NCBI RefSeq assembly: GCF_009914755.1
Contig: NC_060929.1
DNA from: the human T2T-CHM13v2.0 reference genome, Homo sapiens
Length of the DNA: 64,000 bases
Strand: one strand, 5' to 3'
Translations under genes and position numbers: made by a program
Part shown: in pieces, positions 57,826 to 64,000 of the stretch
How positions within the stretch are numbered: the first letter of the stretch is position 1
Layout: each line of letters opens with the position of its first letter
The notes under the pieces: model-generated
Told to the model about the DNA's origin: nothing
Seen by the model: the letters and a program-made list of their open reading frames with translations, nothing else
Database searches by the model: none

Positions 57826-59091
57826 TGATCATGTTTTGGTTCCCCTAGTATCAGTGTTAGACCCTGTGTTCCATAGTCCTTGCAAAGTCTATATATTATC
57901 TTTGACCCAGTGCAGTTATCTGTAAGTGGCTTTAGGTGTTTTCAAGAAAGGATAATAAGAATATTTATTTACACATTTATGGTGTCATTGGGTTATCTCA
58001 AGTTCTCCCAGCCTCCTCATCAGTCAGTGGGTTCTCAGTCTGTGAACTAACTTAGATCTGGAGACTGAATGAGGAATCCTGATTTATTGCATTGCAGCAA
58101 CTGACATTATAATTCTGCTCACCAACTCCTGGTTTAAAAGAAATAAGCAACACACTAATTATGTATGTTTATATATGTATTGCTCCTAGTAATGCTAGGT
58201 CCTGTGGGTCTGATTGCTACGCCGGTCTGGCCTTCTTGCCTGTTCTGATAATTCTGTCAACCTTTCCTCTGATGCTTAAATGCCACCCACCTTACTTTTG
58301 CCATTCTAGAATCATAGCCTCATTGATACTGTAAAACCCAGTGCCATGGTCACATCTCTTATAGTAAACTGTGTCCTATAGGAGACAACTCTCACTGTGG
58401 TCTCAAAGATGTCAGTATTCTCTTACCAGTGTATTCCTGATTACCTTAATGAAAGGACAATTATCTAGACCTTTCTGGAAATAGTCAGGGGTGAGTTCTC
58501 TGATCGTATATAATAAATTCATTCTAACATTTCTACCTCCTCAAGCCATCTACCCTCAGTAATCTGCCAAGACAGTTTTAGCATCTCCACCTTATTTAAT
58601 ATTGGCCATCATTGAGGCCAAGCTTCAATGAACCATCCAGCAGCATATTAGGACTGGATCCATGGGTGCCTGCCAGGACTTTGAACATCAGCTTAATTCC
58701 TCCTTATACTTCCTATTCAGCTTGATTCCTCCCCATACCCCAATCAAAAATCCTCATGATCCACTCCTATACATAATCTACTCATTCCTCCTGATACACA
58801 CACACATACACATATATATGTATATGTGCATATGTCAGCCAGTCCCTTTGTTGTATAAATTATTTACTCCCGAGAAGAAACTATGTTTTTCCTATCAGGC
58901 TTTGCTGAAGTTTCTCCTATCTAGCTCATGTCAATTTATCACAGCTGAGAACAATTGTGATGCCACCACATGCTGGGGATTACCACCACCCACTGACCAT
59001 CAACAATGGGATCTGCATTGCTATTTGACTGGTAGGGGATCTAGCTCCAAAAGCCCATTGTCATATCTTTGTACAGCCAATCCTGATACCT

Positions 59092-59530
59092 GCTGTTTTA
59101 TCCTTGGTCTCCCTTAAAGTCAGCTTGAGATGAAGCCTTGTATAAGAGCAGTTTAATTTGGAAGTGATTCTAAAGAGTGGGAATGAAGGAGTTGGGAAGT
59201 GAAGCAGAGAAGAAGAGAGACTATACAATATTGCATTATCAAGTTGGCCATGTTGCAGGTGACTGATGCTTGATCCTGTATTTGTCAAAAGTAGCCTCAC
59301 GGTCATTTATTCTCTTGAACTTCTAGGTTACATATGTGTATCAAGCATGTTACCACACCTCAGTATCAGAGAACCACTAGAACAGGAAGCAATAGCACAC
59401 AGTTCAGGTTGAGATACTGTCATAGCATGTGTGAAGCTGGCCAAAGCCAGTATGGAATGGGTGGTAATGGTAATGAGTATAGTGAGAGTTGGAGCTGAAA
59501 GATGCTAAGTGTTGCATAATAGTTGTGCAA
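59092..59530 (-). mobile_element. LTR33/LTR16-like ERVL LTR, probably the 5' LTR of the adjacent provirus
   Basis: ggtctcccttaaagtcagcttgagatgaag...gtttaatttggaagtgattc...gcattatcaagttggcc resembles recalled LTR33. It is adjacent to the PBS-like motif. Confidence 0.65.
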
Positions 59531-62500
59531 CTCACCAAGAGAGCCCGCAGCTAATGGCTCACACCAGGATGGATGGACAGATGGATGGATTAGGACTAAA
59601 TGAAAAATTTAAAAATCCCTATTTCTCTGTTTCAAGTCTTGATTTATAAAACCAAAATATTATGCTACATTATTCCTTTCTGAAGAGAAGAGTGAAATTT
59701 TGCTAATAATTATAATGTATAGAAAACTTATTTTCGTGTTCTAACAACTCTCTGTCAAAGGAATTGGTTATTGTACAGCTTTATTTACTCCGTGACTCAA
59801 AATTATTAAAGAAATTGGAATGTTTAATTCCAACACTTGATTTTGGCCTGAAGGAGCTGAAAATTAAATTAATCTTACTGTCTGATTTATATTCTTATCA
59901 CTAGTGAACTAGCTGCAGATCTGTTTAATTTGAAGACTGTTAGCAATTATATTTATTCACTTATGTCTATTTGAGAGCTTGCATATTACCTTTTAAATGC
60001 TTCATATGGGCCAACAGTTTTACCCAAGGCAGACAAAATTGGGACAGTATTTTTCAGAGGTAAATAGCGATTCAAAATTAGATTCAAGGTCCGTAACATA
60101 ACTAGGCTCAATTATCAAGGCCAATTCCAGCATTCAGCTTTATTGCTCACGGGAAGCAGGCTCACACAACAGCAGGTTTTTTAGACTGGATTTTCCTCAC
60201 AAATTATATATTACCCTGTAAGAAACCAGCATGTAAATTACAAAGCTCATGCCCTGAGTCCAAATTGCTTTGTGTATATGGTGAGTTTAATGTATTTTCC
60301 TCAAATATTAGGAGACATGAGGCAACAATTGTTTAGATCATTCCTCTATAGGAAAGGCAGGCAAGTGACACTACAGGCCTGTGGATGTAATGAAGACAAA
60401 GGCAGATAAAGTCATTAATTCATTTGTCAGAGAGACCCACTGGGGACCTATCATTCATGCCAGGCTAGGTGCTAACAGGGATATGGAAAGTGGGGAAGAA
60501 CTAGCTATCTAGGAGAGTCAACCATAAAACATACAGACAGGTGTAATATGAGTATGATGAATGCCATAGTGGAGTGCAAAGTGACTCCTGGCTCAAAGAG
60601 TGAAAAGAAAATATGAACAGGTACAGGTGTGACATTGGGAATGGGTTTACAGATAGTCTAGAGTCCAAACTGAACCCTGAAGGGATAGGTTGGATTTTGA
60701 AAGACGAAAATAGAGGTGGAATGGCAACAGGTGGAGAGAACAACTCTGCTGTCCTTCAGGTTTCAACCCAAATGCAGTTTATTTCACAAAAGACTTTCCT
60801 TACTCCTCTCAAGTTGCAGGACCTAACCCTTCTTAAAACTTTTTGTGCCTCTTCTCTAGCACATACAATTTACTGTCATAGGTTATTGTTCCATGCATAT
60901 CATAGTGCAAATTTTACAAATTCATATTCTCTTCACCTTGTGAGATTCTTTTTCACCAGTGAAATCCTTCTTTCCACCTCTTGCCAAAGTGCCCTTCTGT
61001 GTTTACATACCAACACAAGAGAGAAAGAAGAGAGAGAGGGAGAGACCACGAGAGAGATGGAGCCACCATGATGCACAGAAACCACAGTGCTCCCGCCCCA
61101 GTACTCCACATGGTTAATGGAGTGACCAACACAAACACAAGGCTGCCTTTCAGAGATGCCTTTGTGAAAGAGCAGGTTAGCAGTGCAGAAGTAATACATT
61201 TAATTTCCTTTTCTCTATTGAAAAAAATTAAACACATTAAAGTGAGGACCAGATAAACTAAAAGTATCTGATACTTGAATAATAAACACAGGATAGCTCA
61301 ATATTTGTAGAATGTGTCATTTTCTTAGAAACACAGTTCCGGGGGACTGTGCAGGATCCCCACTGAAGTACTCCAAAGGTTAATTTTTTTTCAAATGACC
61401 ATTTTTAAAATATGTTCAGAGAAAACTGGGAACTTATGAACAGAGAGATAGGACATAGGAACTGTGACTGTATTAGACAGGAATATTTCGTAATTTATAA
61501 GTTCTTAGGAAGGTGACACTTGGTATGAAAATGGCCAGATAAAATTGCACTTTCCTGTGTATTAAGCACAGTTGGAAGCTGAGGGCAAAGTGGGCCATAT
61601 GAAATGGGAGTCTGTTCAATTCTGTTCCATGTGTCTAGTAAAATGTTCTGTTTTTAAAAAGCAAAACTCATTTCCCTTTCTCTGGGAGCGAGTGTGTACC
61701 AGGAAATGAGGTACAGCACTATCTAAGGTACAATATATCATGATGATTTGAGTTTATTCATCAAAGTCTACCCTCTTTTGCTGCCTCTTGACAGTTTCCT
61801 GCCTCATACAAGCCTAGAAATGGACAATTTCTGGTGGGAGAATCTAGTTTTCTGCAAATTTGGGCAGTGACTTGGTGAGATAAGCTTATATTAACATGAA
61901 ACCTAAGTGAACTTTGTTTAAGCTGACCTTGCGTCTCTTTGCATCAAGCATATATATATATATTTTTAATATTAGGTGTTGGTAAATTTCCTCCTAAAAA
62001 GATAATGGCACTGGCTCAAAGTGACTTAGTCCAGACATATTTCTCATATTTGAAGAAAGAGGTAAAAATGTAAATAAAATAGTCTTTCATTTACTGTCTC
62101 ATTTGTGTTGATGAAGCTACTCTTTAGATTCTGGAAATTAAAGTGATTCTACTAGCAATGACTACTTTATAAAATAAGAAGCTCAATAGTTTAGTAGCCA
62201 CAACCATGGATGTGGAACCTATTCAGCAAACGGCTGCATTTGGCGACTTCCCCTTGGCAGAGTCTTTTTCCTTTATAGTTGGATGAAATTATAATTCTCC
62301 TTTTAAAAAATGTATTTTCACTGTTTTTGGCAGGCTCCCTCTCTCTCAGAAAATTATTCTCATGTCATCTCTTTCTACTTTGTGCCTTGCATTGATCTGA
62401 AGATTTCTCTTTTCAGTTGCTTTGGTTTTATCAAGCTTTTTGTGCAGGCTACCTAGCACAGAGCTAGGTGCCATTTACCTAGCCATTTACTAGATGCTCA

Positions 62501-62559
62501 GTTTATTACTGTTGTAACTAATAAGGTCTTTCTGCATAGATTAGAGATGAATCTTTGGT

Positions 62560-62775
62560 TTCAATTTCAGTACATTCAATTTGGGTTTTCAAGTTCTTGC
62601 TTTGCCACCTTCTGTATTTGAAAGATTGGACCAGTTACAATTTCTCTGAGCCTCAGTTCCTCATCTATAAATGAGAAAACTCATGCTATCTCATGTGGCG
62701 CCATGAGGCCTAATAAAATGAGGAATGCAATAATGCTTTGGATTCTGAAAGTGCAGTACACACAGTAGCTATTAA
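62560..62775 (+). mobile_element. MIR SINE
   Basis: ttgggttttcaagttcttgctttgccac...tctctgagcctcagttcctcatctataaaatgag. Confidence 0.8.
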
Positions 62776-63187
62776 TATGGAAAGAAAATCCAAACCTCAC
62801 TATGAATTATTTACCTGTTATCCACTTCTTTTCATATCAGTGAATCAGGGATCTACCTCTAGTGAGTGGATAGAATGAATGGAAAGAAAGCTCTTAGAAG
62901 ACATGGTAAGAGAAATCTCTCTGGCTTTCAGAGCCTCCTGGTGAGTAGGGCCATTGTAATGCTAATTCACAAGAGGGGTGCTGCCCCAGCTCTCTTCTTG
63001 CTTCTTGGCGTGAGTTTTTGGAACAATCTCTTTTCTTCCTGCTGCTGGCTTTTTGAACAGGCTGTCCAGGCATTTTCAATTTGGCAACCAATGCAATAAA
63101 TTACTTCTTAAAATAACTCAAATCACTTGATTTGGCTTGCCCCTAAGACATTTCTCCTTTGATTCATCCTGTGAAATAAAAAAGGAG

Positions 63188-63203
63188 ATACACACACACA
63201 CAA

Positions 63204-63247
<44 letters not shown>
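63188..63247. repeat. (CA)n(TA)n microsatellite
   Basis: Read directly. Confidence 0.95.
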
Positions 63248-64000
63248 GGATCCAGCCTAGTCCATCTTCTCTTGTACAAACCCCCATATGGTCAAGAACC
63301 CAAGTGTTGCCCTTTTCCAGAACAGTTTACTCTGCCCAAAATTCTTAGCAGTAATGTCTAAGCCCTTCTAAGTGTTGAATGCAACCCCTGGAAAATTTGT
63401 ATTTGCAGAGGTATGTAAGCTATCCTTGTGTAAATTCCTCTAGGGGTTAAGCCCTAATGATTGTGGAAGAAATGAAATGGAAAAATCAGATATAACTGGA
63501 GAGGATTGCACTTGACATAATTTCCTAGCAACCTCCCAGTTTTCAAGGCAATGTTTATTTTATGTGCTGCCTTTCAAAGTGATGCCTTTAATGTTATTGC
63601 TATGTAACATGGCTAATTTTCTCAGTAACATATGTAGCCCAAGGAAGATCTGTGATAAGACTGGAAAACACAAGTTGTCAGTAATTGCACAGTGCCTAGT
63701 TAATTACATTTTAAGCTAGAAACACGTTTTTCTCATTTGCTGTATTGCTGTTATATTTATAAGCTACCCTGCCTCTCTGGAACCTTGTTTTGATCTCTGT
63801 AGAAAAAGGAATATTAGTCTGAGTCTCTGTTATGTTTTCCCTTTGTTTTTGTTCATTTGGCTCCCACTTACATGGCTCCTGTACTGTACATTTAGCTTCA
63901 TCATTCAGACATTTATTCTGAAAGCCATAGATTTTTCATTTTCCTGTTTCCATCTGCTGGAACATTGAAGATTGTCACCTCCTTCAAATTAAAGTAGACC

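Overview
Primate, very probably human, AT-rich intronic or intergenic DNA, roughly 60% recognisable interspersed repeats. It holds nine Alu or Alu-monomer copies and several L1s: one full-length L1PA7-like element, two L1s that keep both ends but lack ORF1, and several truncated copies. It also holds a solo LTR12 (ERV9), an MLT2 LTR, a decayed ERVL provirus, L2/MIR/hAT relics, microsatellites and a 3'-truncated 7SK retropseudogene. I recognise no host protein-coding exon. The long ORFs in the track are L1 ORF1/ORF2/ORF0 remnants, ERVL pol remnants, or Alu and microsatellite artefacts. I see no evidence for a wholly new biological system. The best-supported unusual observations are an L1 3' transduction (about 215 bp inside shared TSDs, 37947-38805), a tailless 7SK retrocopy with TSDs, an ORF1-deleted L1 with an extended open ORF0 facing a strong splice acceptor, a 122-bp diverged tandem duplication, and several template-switch or fold-back scars. 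Repeat subfamily names come from recalled consensus sequences and boundaries of old elements are approximate.
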